From positions 27,509 to 91,508 of the forward strand of contig JBKPDL010000006.1 in NCBI GenBank assembly GCA_046727855.1: a stretch of 64,000 bases of DNA. Reading direction: 5' to 3'. Under the pieces are notes generated by a model. That model had not been told where the DNA came from and made no database searches. It saw only the letters and a program-made list of their open reading frames with translations. A program made the translations under genes and the position numbers. This document shows positions 34,922 through 44,199 of the stretch, piece after piece. Source of the stretch: Acidobacteriota bacterium (GTDB lineage: Bacteria; Acidobacteriota; Vicinamibacteria; Vicinamibacterales; UBA2999). How positions within the stretch are numbered: the first letter of the stretch is position 1; every line of letters begins with the position of its first letter.

Positions 34922-36283
34922 TCAGACCTGCGACGGATCGAAGTTCTCGATGCCGTTCTTGACCTCGGCCATGAATCGATCGGCCACGGCGCCGTCGATC
35001 AAACGATGGTCGTAACCGAGGGTGAGATATCCCATCAGACGTATGCCAATCATGTCGTCAATCACCACCGGCCGCTTTTCGATCGTGCCGACGCCGAGAA
35101 TCGCAACCTGCGGTTGATTGATGATCGGCAATCCGAATTGCGCGCCAAAGTTGCCTGGATTGGTAACTGTGAACGTGCCGCCCTGTACTTCGTCCGGGCT
35201 CAATTTCTTCGCCCGCGCGCGATCGGCGACATCGGAAATGGCGCGGGTCAGGCCGAGCAGATTCAACTCATCGGCTCGTTTCACGACCGGCACAATCAAG
35301 CCGTGGTCGAGCGCCACCGCGACGCCGAGATTGATGTCGCGCTTGTACACGATGTTGTCGACGTCGATCGACGCGTTGATCACGGGATGGCGCCGCAGCA
35401 CGTCGATCGCGACCTTGGCAATGAATGACGTGTAGGTGAGCTTCACGCCCCGCTGCTCGTAATCGGCTTTCCGTGCTTTACGAATCTCGTCCACCTTGGT
35501 GTAGTTGACTTCGAAGACCGAGTACACGTGCGCCGAGGTCCGCCGGCTGACGACCATGTGCTCGGCGATTTTCTTGCGCATGATCGACATTGGCTCGACA
35601 CGATCGCCTGCTGCACGCACCTCAGGAGAGCCTGCGTCGCCGTAGCCCGGTTGCGGAGCGGGCGGAGCGGAGGCGGGCGATCTGCTGAGATAGCCGAGGA
35701 TGTCGTTTTTCGTAACGCGTCCCGCAATGCCTGTCCCGCTGATCTGGCCGATATCGACGCCGTGTTCCTTCGCAATGCGGCGCACGAGCGGCGACGACTT
35801 TTGACGATCAGGCCCGCCTTCGCGGCCCTCAGGCAGCTTCGGCGCGGTCTCGCCGTAGCTCGCGTCAGTTACACCGCGAGCGGAGGCGGATGCGACAGGT
35901 GCGGGAGGCACGACGGACGCAACAGAAGCGCTTGCCGGCGACGGCACTCCATCGGCTTGCGGCGTCTGCGGTTGTGCCTTTCCGGATGGCGGTGGGGCGG
36001 TCGCAGTCGTTGCGGTCTTTGCGGGCGGGGTTGCAGCCGCTTCTCCGGCCGTCCCGATGGTCGCGACGACGCTGTTCACGGCAACCGTTTCCCCCTCTTT
36101 GACTTTGATCTCCAGCAGTGTCCCGGCTGTCGGCGATGGGATCTCGGCATCGACCTTGTCGGTCGAAATCTCGAACAGCGGCTCGTCGCGATCGACCGCG
36201 TCGCCGATCTTCTTGATCCAGCGGACAATCGTGCCTTCGGCAATCGACTCGCCCATCTGGGGCATAACCACTGGTGTTGCCAT
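34922..36283 (-). CDS. 2-oxoacid dehydrogenase E2 dihydrolipoamide acyltransferase
   Basis: Lipoyl domain (MPQMGESIAEGTIVRW...ISTDKVDAEI). Ala/Pro linker. E3-binding domain (SPLVRRIAKEHGVDIGQISGTGIAGRVTKNDI). Catalytic DHRLIDGA. Confidence 0.9.
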   Translation of the reverse strand: MATPVVMPQMGESIAEGTIVRWIKKIGDAVDRDEPLFEISTDKVDAEIPSPTAGTLLEIKVKEGETVAVNSVVATIGTAGEAAATPPAKTATTATAPPPSGKAQPQTPQADGVPSPASASVASVVPPAPVASASARGVTDASYGETAPKLPEGREGGPDRQKSSPLVRRIAKEHGVDIGQISGTGIAGRVTKNDILGYLSRSPASAPPAPQPGYGDAGSPEVRAAGDRVEPMSIMRKKIAEHMVVSRRTSAHVYSVFEVNYTKVDEIRKARKADYEQRGVKLTYTSFIAKVAIDVLRRHPVINASIDVDNIVYKRDINLGVAVALDHGLIVPVVKRADELNLLGLTRAISDVADRARAKKLSPDEVQGGTFTVTNPGNFGAQFGLPIINQPQVAILGVGTIEKRPVVIDDMIGIRLMGYLTLGYDHRLIDGAVADRFMAEVKNGIENFDPSQV

Positions 36284-36323
36284 TCATTCACTCAATGTCG
36301 ACGGTCTAAGTCTCAGTCGACGG

Positions 36324-37808
36324 TTAAATATGAATTGCGGCACCGTGCACCGCGTGCGCGGCCTCTCCTACAGCCTCCGACATCGTTGGATGCGCGTGCA
36401 TGGTTTTAATCAGCTCCTCGACTGTGCACTCCAGGCGCAGCGCCAGCACTGCTTCGGCGACGAGTTCCGTGGCACGAGGGCCGATGATGTGCACGCCCAA
36501 CACCTCGTCGTATTTCTTATCGGCCACGATCTTCACGAATCCGTCGGTCTCGCCCGCCATTCGTGCGCGGCCGAGCGCTTTGAACGGGAACGATCCGACG
36601 CGTACGTCGTAGCCCTGCTGTTTCGCCTGCGCTTCGGTCAGTCCAACGCTGCCGATCTCGGGATCGCAGTACGTACACCGCGGAACGTGGTCGTAGTTAA
36701 TCGGCCGTACTTCCTGGCCAGCGATCCGTTCCGCCAGAACCACCCCTTCCATCGAGGATACATGCGCCAGCTGGTAATGGGGGCCCCCCATCGTGATGAC
36801 ATCGCCAATCGCCGATATCCCGGGCACGCTGGTGCGAAACAGTTCATCCACCACCACGTAGCCGCGATCCATCTTGACGCCGAGTGCTTCGAGACCAAGC
36901 CCTTCGGTCACGGGTCCGCGTCCTGTCGCGACGAGCAGCACGTCGGCCAGGAGTTTGCCCGGCTTGCTCTGCCCTGAGCTTGCCGAAGGGCTCTCTCCTG
37001 AGCTTGCCGAAGGGCTCTGCCCTGAACTGCCCGCGGGCACTGTCATTTCGATTTCTGTACCTTTGCCGCCCGGTTTCGCGGAAGTGACCTCCGTGTTCGT
37101 AAACGATTTGATCCCTCGGCGTTTGAAGCTCTTTTCGAGCTCTGACGAAACCGCTTCGTCTTCGCCCGGTACGAGCCGCGGCAGCAACTCGAGGATGGTC
37201 ACTTCGCTGCCAAAGCTCCTGAAGATCGACGCGAACTCCACGCCGACCGCGCCGCTGCCCATGATCGCGATCGACTTCGGCACGTCTTTCAGGTGGATCG
37301 CTTCGTCGCTGAAGATGATCTGCTTACGATCGACGTCGATGCCTGGCACGCTGCGCGCTGCGGATCCTGTCGCGACGATGATCTCTTTTTTCGCGATGAC
37401 CGTCTGCTTGCCGCCATCGTGCAGCCTGACCTCAACATTCCTGCCGCCGGTCAGGCGCGCGGTGCCCTTGATCCACTCGATCTTGTTCTTCTTCATCAGC
37501 AGCTCGACACCACCGGTGAGCCCGCTGACGATCTTGTCTTTGCGCGCGTGGACGGCGGTCATGTCGAGTTTCACCGCGCTGCCGTCGATGCTCAGTCCCC
37601 AGTCTTTTGCCGCCTGCGCCACCTTCAACGCGTGCGCATGTTCGAGCAGCGCCTTCGTCGGAATGCAGCCCCAGATCAAACAGGTACCGCCGAGCGCCTG
37701 TTGTTTTTCGATTAAGCCGACTTTGAAGCCGAGCTGCGCGGCGCGAATCGCCGCCACGTAGCCGCCTGTGCCAGCGCCAATCACAATGACGTCGTACTCG
37801 TTGGCCAT
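36324..37808 (-). CDS. lpdA: Dihydrolipoyl dehydrogenase (E3) carrying an in-frame Ser/Gly/Pro-rich repeat insertion
   Basis: GAGTGGY FAD motif, redox disulfide GGTCLIWGCIPTK and C-terminal HAHPTMSE. Insertion is GSSGQSPSASSGESPSASSGQS. Confidence 0.92.
   Translation of the reverse strand: MANEYDVIVIGAGTGGYVAAIRAAQLGFKVGLIEKQQALGGTCLIWGCIPTKALLEHAHALKVAQAAKDWGLSIDGSAVKLDMTAVHARKDKIVSGLTGGVELLMKKNKIEWIKGTARLTGGRNVEVRLHDGGKQTVIAKKEIIVATGSAARSVPGIDVDRKQIIFSDEAIHLKDVPKSIAIMGSGAVGVEFASIFRSFGSEVTILELLPRLVPGEDEAVSSELEKSFKRRGIKSFTNTEVTSAKPGGKGTEIEMTVPAGSSGQSPSASSGESPSASSGQSKPGKLLADVLLVATGRGPVTEGLGLEALGVKMDRGYVVVDELFRTSVPGISAIGDVITMGGPHYQLAHVSSMEGVVLAERIAGQEVRPINYDHVPRCTYCDPEIGSVGLTEAQAKQQGYDVRVGSFPFKALGRARMAGETDGFVKIVADKKYDEVLGVHIIGPRATELVAEAVLALRLECTVEELIKTMHAHPTMSEAVGEAAHAVHGAAIHI
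36966..37037. repeat. Three tandem 24-nt units inside lpdA (GCTCTGCCCTGAGCTTGCCGAAGG / GCTCTCTCCTGAGCTTGCCGAAGG / degenerate third)
   Basis: Read directly. The minus-strand reading CCTTCGGCAAGCTCAGGGCAGAGC encodes PSASSGQS. The core matches the intergenic repeat at 17411-17458 (CCTTCG-N4-GCTCAGGGCAG). Confidence 0.8.
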
Positions 37809-37935
37809 ATGAACAGCCTCCCACTGTCCCTTGGAAAGGTACGGCAGGTCAAGGGGCGGACCCGAAGGTCCGCCGCTACGTACATTCCGTTGGGGTCGAG
37901 GGCGACTCGCTGCGCTCAGTCAAGGCGCGGAAGAA

Positions 37936-38184
37936 TTACGTGCGTTCCCGTTTCAGGCTGGAAAGCGGAACAAACGACTGCTGCACTGGCGAGGCAGCGG
38001 CCGCTTGCTCCTCGGGCGTCGGCGCCAACGCCTTCACGCGCGCTTTCAGCTCGCCATGGTCGTATTTGAGCTCCCAATACAATTCCTGGAGCTGAGCCAA
38101 TCGGCGCGAGAGCCGCCTGGCCGTCGCAAGCGCGCCCAGGGCTATCAGCCAACCGGTGACGGCCACGAGCCAGAGCCACGTCAT
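37936..38184 (-). CDS. Small membrane-anchored coiled-coil protein (82 aa), function unknown
   Basis: N-terminal TM helix WLWLVAVTGWLIALGALA followed by an amphipathic helix. GC-rich third codon positions. Lies upstream of lpdA on the same strand. Confidence 0.45.
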   Translation of the reverse strand: MTWLWLVAVTGWLIALGALATARRLSRRLAQLQELYWELKYDHGELKARVKALAPTPEEQAAAASPVQQSFVPLSSLKRERT

Positions 38185-38207
38185 ACCTGAACGAATATAC
38201 TTCGGCC

Positions 38208-39608
<1,401 letters not shown>

Positions 39609-39635
39609 CGGGGCCGAAGCTCATAGGCAGAAATC

Positions 39636-39654
39636 AAAAGGCTCGGCGCCTTCT
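39636..39654 (-). terminator. Weak intrinsic-terminator-like hairpin downstream of the HU gene
   Basis: Minus-strand RNA AGAAGGC-GCCGA-GCCUUUU (7 bp including one G-U) followed by GAUUUCUG. The stem is short and the U-tract modest. Confidence 0.3.
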
Positions 39655-39700
39655 GACTTCTGCCCGCTTCCTGCCCGGGAGGAGTAAGAGACCCGCGGCG

Positions 39701-40000
39701 TTACTTGCGCGGCAGGACGGCGTCCTTGAGCTGCTTGACGATTCGCGCCTTGACAACGGTCTTGGCGGGAATCTTGATCGGTTCGCCTGTTGCCGGATTG
39801 CGGCCCATGCGCGCCTTCCGCTTTTGCACGACAAGCTTCACCATACCTGGCAGCACGAACTCGCCCGAACGCTTCAGTTCCTTTTCGCACAGCGACGCGA
39901 GCTCATCGAAGAATTCGCGCGCCTGCGTGCGCTTCATCTCGAACCGTTCTGCAAATGTTGAAAACAGCTCCGATTTGCCCATCCTGCGGGCTTCAGCCAT
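39701..40000 (-). CDS. HU/IHF-family DNA-binding protein
   Basis: Arm motif RMGRNPATGEPIKIPAKTV and the typical roughly 95-aa length. The start may be the internal Met (MGKSELF). Confidence 0.88.
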   Translation of the reverse strand: MAEARRMGKSELFSTFAERFEMKRTQAREFFDELASLCEKELKRSGEFVLPGMVKLVVQKRKARMGRNPATGEPIKIPAKTVVKARIVKQLKDAVLPRK

Positions 40001-40150
40001 CGTGGTCCCCCTGGTCAGTGCCGCGCGCGTGTTGACGATGATCCCGCGACGGGCGGCTGCGCGCGGTGCAGCCGCTCACGGAAAATAGCGAAAAAACGCC
40101 CGTAATCCTACTGCGCGCGCTCGGGGCTGTCAAACAAACGCGGTGCTAAC

Positions 40151-40507
40151 ATGAGTTCGATGTCAAGCGCGCATGCGCTCGAGACGTTTCCCAATCCGCG
40201 TCCGGAGCGTGAGTACGAGGTCGCGATCGACTGTCCGGAGTTCACATCGATGTGCCCGAAGACCGGGCTGCCCGACTTCGGCACGATCCGCATCCGCTAC
40301 GTGCCCGACGCGCACTGCATCGAGTTGAAGTCGCTCAAGTACTATCTGCTCGACTATCGCACGCAAGGAATTTTCTACGAGGCCGCTACCAACAAGATCC
40401 TCGACGACCTCGTGGCCGCATGCCGGCCGCGGCGCATGACGGTGATCGGCGATTTCACTGCGCGCGGCGGTATTACCACCAAGGTCACGGCGGAATATGC
40501 ACGATGA
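40151..40507 (+). CDS. queF: NADPH-dependent 7-cyano-7-deazaguanine reductase (unimodular QueF)
   Basis: [19 protein letters not shown] (catalytic Cys) and the QueF motif ELKSLKYYL. Confidence 0.9.
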   Translation: MSSMSSAHALETFPNPRPEREYEVAIDCPEFTSMCPKTGLPDFGTIRIRYVPDAHCIELKSLKYYLLDYRTQGIFYEAATNKILDDLVAACRPRRMTVIGDFTARGGITTKVTAEYAR

Positions 40508-40817
40508 TGACGCGGCGGACGACGAGCCAGTCGCGATTCCGATCGAAGACGCGCTCGATCTGCACGCCTTCCAGCCGCGTGACGTGTTATCCGTCGTAGA
40601 CGAATACCTGCGGGCGGCGCAGGAGAGCGGCTTCGACGAGGTCCGTTTGATTCACGGACGCGGCAAAGGCGTGCAGCGCGCGGCTGTGCACCGGCTGCTG
40701 AAAACACATGTCCTCGTCTCCGGCTTCCGGGATGCGGCGGAAACGCACCTGGGCGCGACCATCGTCAGGCTGAAGCCGCGAGGCGCGACGCCACCAGAGC
40801 GCGAGCCATCGCGCTGA
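40497..40817 (+). CDS. Smr-domain protein
   Basis: LDLHAF...[20 protein letters not shown] is an Smr (MutS2 C-terminal-like) core. Length is 106 aa and the start overlaps the queF end. Confidence 0.75.
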   Translation: MHDDDAADDEPVAIPIEDALDLHAFQPRDVLSVVDEYLRAAQESGFDEVRLIHGRGKGVQRAAVHRLLKTHVLVSGFRDAAETHLGATIVRLKPRGATPPEREPSR

Positions 40818-41502
40818 TCTGCGCGTGCAGCTCGGTCGTGCGCAGGGCCGACACCGGGACACCGGAATTCACGGCGGCGGCCACAGTGCGGTAATCGCTC
40901 GGCACCTGGTATTCAATCGAGCGGTTCATCACCTTCTCGATTTGACTCGCGGGAAGGACGCCGTTTTCCGAGGTACGATTGAGCACAATGCGCACTCGCT
41001 CCGGCGCGACGCCGGCGAGCTTGAGCGCGTCGCTGTAACGCTGCATGTTCCTCAAGCACGGCACGTCGGGATTCGCCACCAGCATCACGACATCCGACAT
41101 CGTGAGCGCGGCTGCCGCGCACGCGTTGACCGTGCTGCCTGCATCGACCACGATGAAGTCGTAGATCGAAGAAAAGCAGCGGAGCGTTTGCTCGACACCC
41201 TCTGCGTCGCGGGGCAACAGGCGTCCGAATGCGTCTGGGGCCGCGAGCACCTGCAGCCCGCATCCATGCTCGACGGTAAAGCGCGTCGCCAGGCCGCGAT
41301 CCGCCCACCCGAGTTGGTCAATCAAATCAACGATGCTGTATCGCGGCCGTAGGCCGAGAAAGACAGCGACGTCGCCAGGGCCCGACTTGAGGTCGGCGAT
41401 GAGCGTCGGCCGTTCGGTCAAACGCTGGATGTCTGCGGCGCAGTTGACGGCCAGCGTCGTGGTGCCGGTGCCACCTTTCGTGCCAAGGAAAGTCACGATC
41501 AT
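40765..41502 (-). CDS. ParA/MinD/CpaE-like P-loop ATPase (orphan)
   Basis: ATG 41502 gives MIVTFLGTKGGTGTTTLAVN (deviant Walker A). Walker B is FIVVDAG. No partner parB/min/tad gene was seen nearby. Confidence 0.75.
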   Translation of the reverse strand: MIVTFLGTKGGTGTTTLAVNCAADIQRLTERPTLIADLKSGPGDVAVFLGLRPRYSIVDLIDQLGWADRGLATRFTVEHGCGLQVLAAPDAFGRLLPRDAEGVEQTLRCFSSIYDFIVVDAGSTVNACAAAALTMSDVVMLVANPDVPCLRNMQRYSDALKLAGVAPERVRIVLNRTSENGVLPASQIEKVMNRSIEYQVPSDYRTVAAAVNSGVPVSALRTTELHAQISAMARALVASRLAASA

Positions 41503-41792
41503 GTAGCGAAGGCACAGGCAACCCGTGTGCCACGATGTGAAGAGGCCGCAAACGGCAGATTTCCGACGAAACAGCTTCGGCGCGGCTGGCAGCGAGTTGC
41601 ATATCTGTAACGCCACGCGCGGCTTTGGTCGTTGCCGTGGCGCTCACGGCGCCGTTTGCCGCGCGGCCGAAACTCGCAAGCTGCGCGCAGCGCGGAACGT
41701 CCTGCCCGCCGGGCGAGGCTCGAGCTGGAGGCATGTTAAAGAACGAAGAACGAGGAACCAAGCACCAAGTTCCCGCAGGCGGAGTTGCGTCA

Positions 41793-41835
41793 GTCTGCCG
41801 CATATATGTATGCTCCACACCTATATGCGACAGAC
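41793..41835. promoter_or_regulatory. Inverted repeat GTCTGCCGCATATA-N15-TATATGCGACAGAC overlapping the PadR start codon; candidate autoregulatory operator
   Basis: Read directly. The arms match in 13 of 14 positions. The right arm contains ATG 41825. Confidence 0.5.
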
Positions 41836-42172
41836 CGATTCGTCGCCGCGTGCGCTGCAGAAAGGGAGCGCCGAAGTCCTCGTCCTGGCAGTACTCGATG
41901 GACCGCAGCGTCATGGATACGAGATCGCGCAGCTCATCGAAAACCGCTCCGACGGCCGCCTCAAGTTTCAGGCGGCGACGCTTTACCCCCTTCTCTACAA
42001 GCTCGAAAAACGCGGCCTGGTCGAGGGCCGCTGGGTTGAAAAGGCGGGCCAACGTCGCCGCCGTTTCTATCGCCTGACGCCGGCCGGCCGGGCTGCGCTT
42101 GGCGAGCGGCGCAGGCTGTGGCGCGAATTCTTCGAAGCGCTCGATCGAGTCGCGCGCGTCAAACGCGCGTGA
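41825..42172 (+). CDS. PadR-family transcriptional regulator
   Basis: LQKGSAEVLVLAVLDGPQRHGYEIAQLI...LYPLLYKLEKRGLVEGRW is a PadR winged helix. Its stop overlaps the GTG of the downstream permease (GTGA). Confidence 0.88.
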   Translation: MRQTDSSPRALQKGSAEVLVLAVLDGPQRHGYEIAQLIENRSDGRLKFQAATLYPLLYKLEKRGLVEGRWVEKAGQRRRRFYRLTPAGRAALGERRRLWREFFEALDRVARVKRA

Positions 42173-44050
42173 TCAAGAGGGACTGGAACACCGTGCAGCA
42201 ATGGCATCGCTACGTGCGTGAGCACCTGCCTCCGCTCGACATCACGCCGGAACGTGAGATCGAGATTGTCGAGGAGCTCGCGCTGCAGCTCGAAGGCGCC
42301 TACGAGAGCGCGCGAGCACGGGGCGCCTCGGAGGAGGAAGCACGCGCGCGAGCGTGTGCAGAGGTGCCTGATTGGCGCGCGCTCGCGGCGACGCTCGCAC
42401 GGATCGAGAGGCGGCCGTCACGAGCGCCAGTTCTCGGCTCACCACGGGGAGATCTCATGTCCGGGTTCATACAGGATGTGCGCTACGCGGGTAGAGCGCT
42501 GCTGCGCGCGCCGGGGTTTGCCGTTGTCGCGACTGTCACACTCGCACTCGGCATCGGCGCGACGACGATCGTTTATGCGCTGGTCGATGGAATCCTGCTG
42601 CGTCCGTTACCCATCAAAGACCCAGCGCGTGTCGTGCTGGCGCGCGAGATCAATCCGGCGGGAGAGCAGTTCGGCATTGCGTGGCCGAACTTCAGGGATT
42701 GGCAGGCGCGCGCGCAGTCGTTCGAGAACCTGGCCGCGTGGCGCGGCCGAACGGCCAATCTCACCGGCATCGCCGATCCTCAGCGAATCTACGTCCGTGA
42801 TGTGACGTGGAATCTGTTCGACGTGCTCGGCGTCCAGCCGATCGCGGGTCGCGGCTTCACCGCCGCAGACGATGTGCCGGAGGCGGCGCGGGTGTGTTTG
42901 ATCAGCTACGGGTTTTGGGAACGCCACTTTGCCGCGGATCCGTCGGCGATAGGGCAACGCATTCTCCTCGACGAAGTGCCGGTCACCGTTGTCGGCGTAC
43001 TGCCTCGCGACTTTACGGTTGCGCGTGTCGAAGATGCGTTCCTGCCGATGGGAAATCTGATCACGCCGAACAGCGGGATGCTCAACCGCGGTAATCACTT
43101 CGGCGTCGCTGCCGTCGCGCGGCTGGCGCGAGGCGCGACAGTCGAGAGCGCCCGATCGGAGCTGCAGGTCATCGCGGCGCAACTCGCCGCGGCCTATCCT
43201 GATACCAACAGCGGTGTCAGTGCGACCGCGCAGCCGTTGTTTGACGTTCTGGTGGCTGAAGCGCGGCCAGCGCTTGGGGTCCTCGCCGGCGCCGTTGCCG
43301 CGATGCTGCTGATCGCCTGCGTCAACATCGCGAACCTGCAACTCGTCCGGGCGATGGCCCGGGCGCAGGAGATGGAAGTGCGCCGGGCGCTGGGCGCGGA
43401 ACGTTGGCGGCTGCTGCGGCAACTCCTTGTTGAGAGCGTGCTGCTGGCGCTCGCCGGCGGTGCGGCGGGCGTGGCGCTCGCCTACGCGGGGTTCGGACTG
43501 TTTGTTGGATTGCTGCCGGCTGATCAGCCTCGCATTCATCAAGTAACCATCGATTCTCGCGTATTGATCTTTGCCACGGCCATGTCAGTCGGAGCAGGCC
43601 TGCTGTTCGGACTGATGCCGGCCCTGCACGCCGGTTCGCGCCGTGCAGGTGCGCTGCTGCGCTCGGTCCGGGTTGCCGGTACGGCCGCGGGCCATCACGC
43701 TACGCGTCAGTTGCTGCTCGTTGTCGAGGTCGCGTTGTCGCTCGTCCTGCTGGTGGCTGCCGGGCTGATGGCGCAGACGATGAGCAATCTGCTCGCGGTG
43801 GATCTCGGCTTTGCGCCGGAGCAGGTGTGGACTGCGCAAATGTCACTTCCGAGCAGCCGCTACACGCGGGAGCGCCGGCGCACCTTCTACAAAGCTTTTG
43901 CGGACCCTGTTGTATCAGGTGACGCCATACGATCCGGGAACGATCAGCGCAGTCACGCTCGTGCTGTTGACGGTCACGGGAGTGGCTTGTTACCTGCCTG
44001 CGAGAAGGGCCACCAGGATAGATCCAGTCGCCGCGCTGAGAGGGGAGTGA
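42169..44050 (+). pseudogene. MacB/FtsX-type duplicated orphan permease (ADOP-like), internally deleted and frameshifted
   Basis: The N-terminal helical region, first periplasmic domain and first FtsX module are intact. The second half begins (LPSSRYTRERRRTFYKA), then near 43890-43900 the conserved C-terminus continues in the +1 frame (LLRTLLYQVTPYDPGTISAVTLVLLTVTGVACYLPARRATRIDPVAALRGE-stop). About 200 aa of the second periplasmic domain and FtsX helices are missing. Confidence 0.6.
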
Positions 44051-44199
44051 AGGATAGATGGCCAGGCTGAAAGCTGGCCCACTACTGCGCCTTCGGCGGT
44101 CCGAGCCGAACGAGCGATAGCTCTCCGGGCTCGACACAAGCCATGCGACAGCAGGGACGCCCGAGGGAAAGTCACTGCCCATGTCAGATAATCGCTTCC

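Noticed and set aside
40001-40150. Possible preQ1 riboswitch or other leader upstream of queF; also an 8-bp hairpin GCGGCTGC-N7-GCAGCCGC at 40053-40075
   Set aside because: I could not find the compact preQ1-I/II consensus features (conserved loop plus A-rich tail pairing). The hairpin is GC-only with no adjacent U-tract. Evidence is insufficient for any call.
41509-41529. Hairpin GGCACA-N9-TGTGCC next to the ParA-like start, and the 38-aa N-terminal extension of track ORF 40765..41616
   Set aside because: The extension precedes the Walker A strand, which normally sits at the extreme N-terminus. The hairpin is short and unsupported by any second signal.
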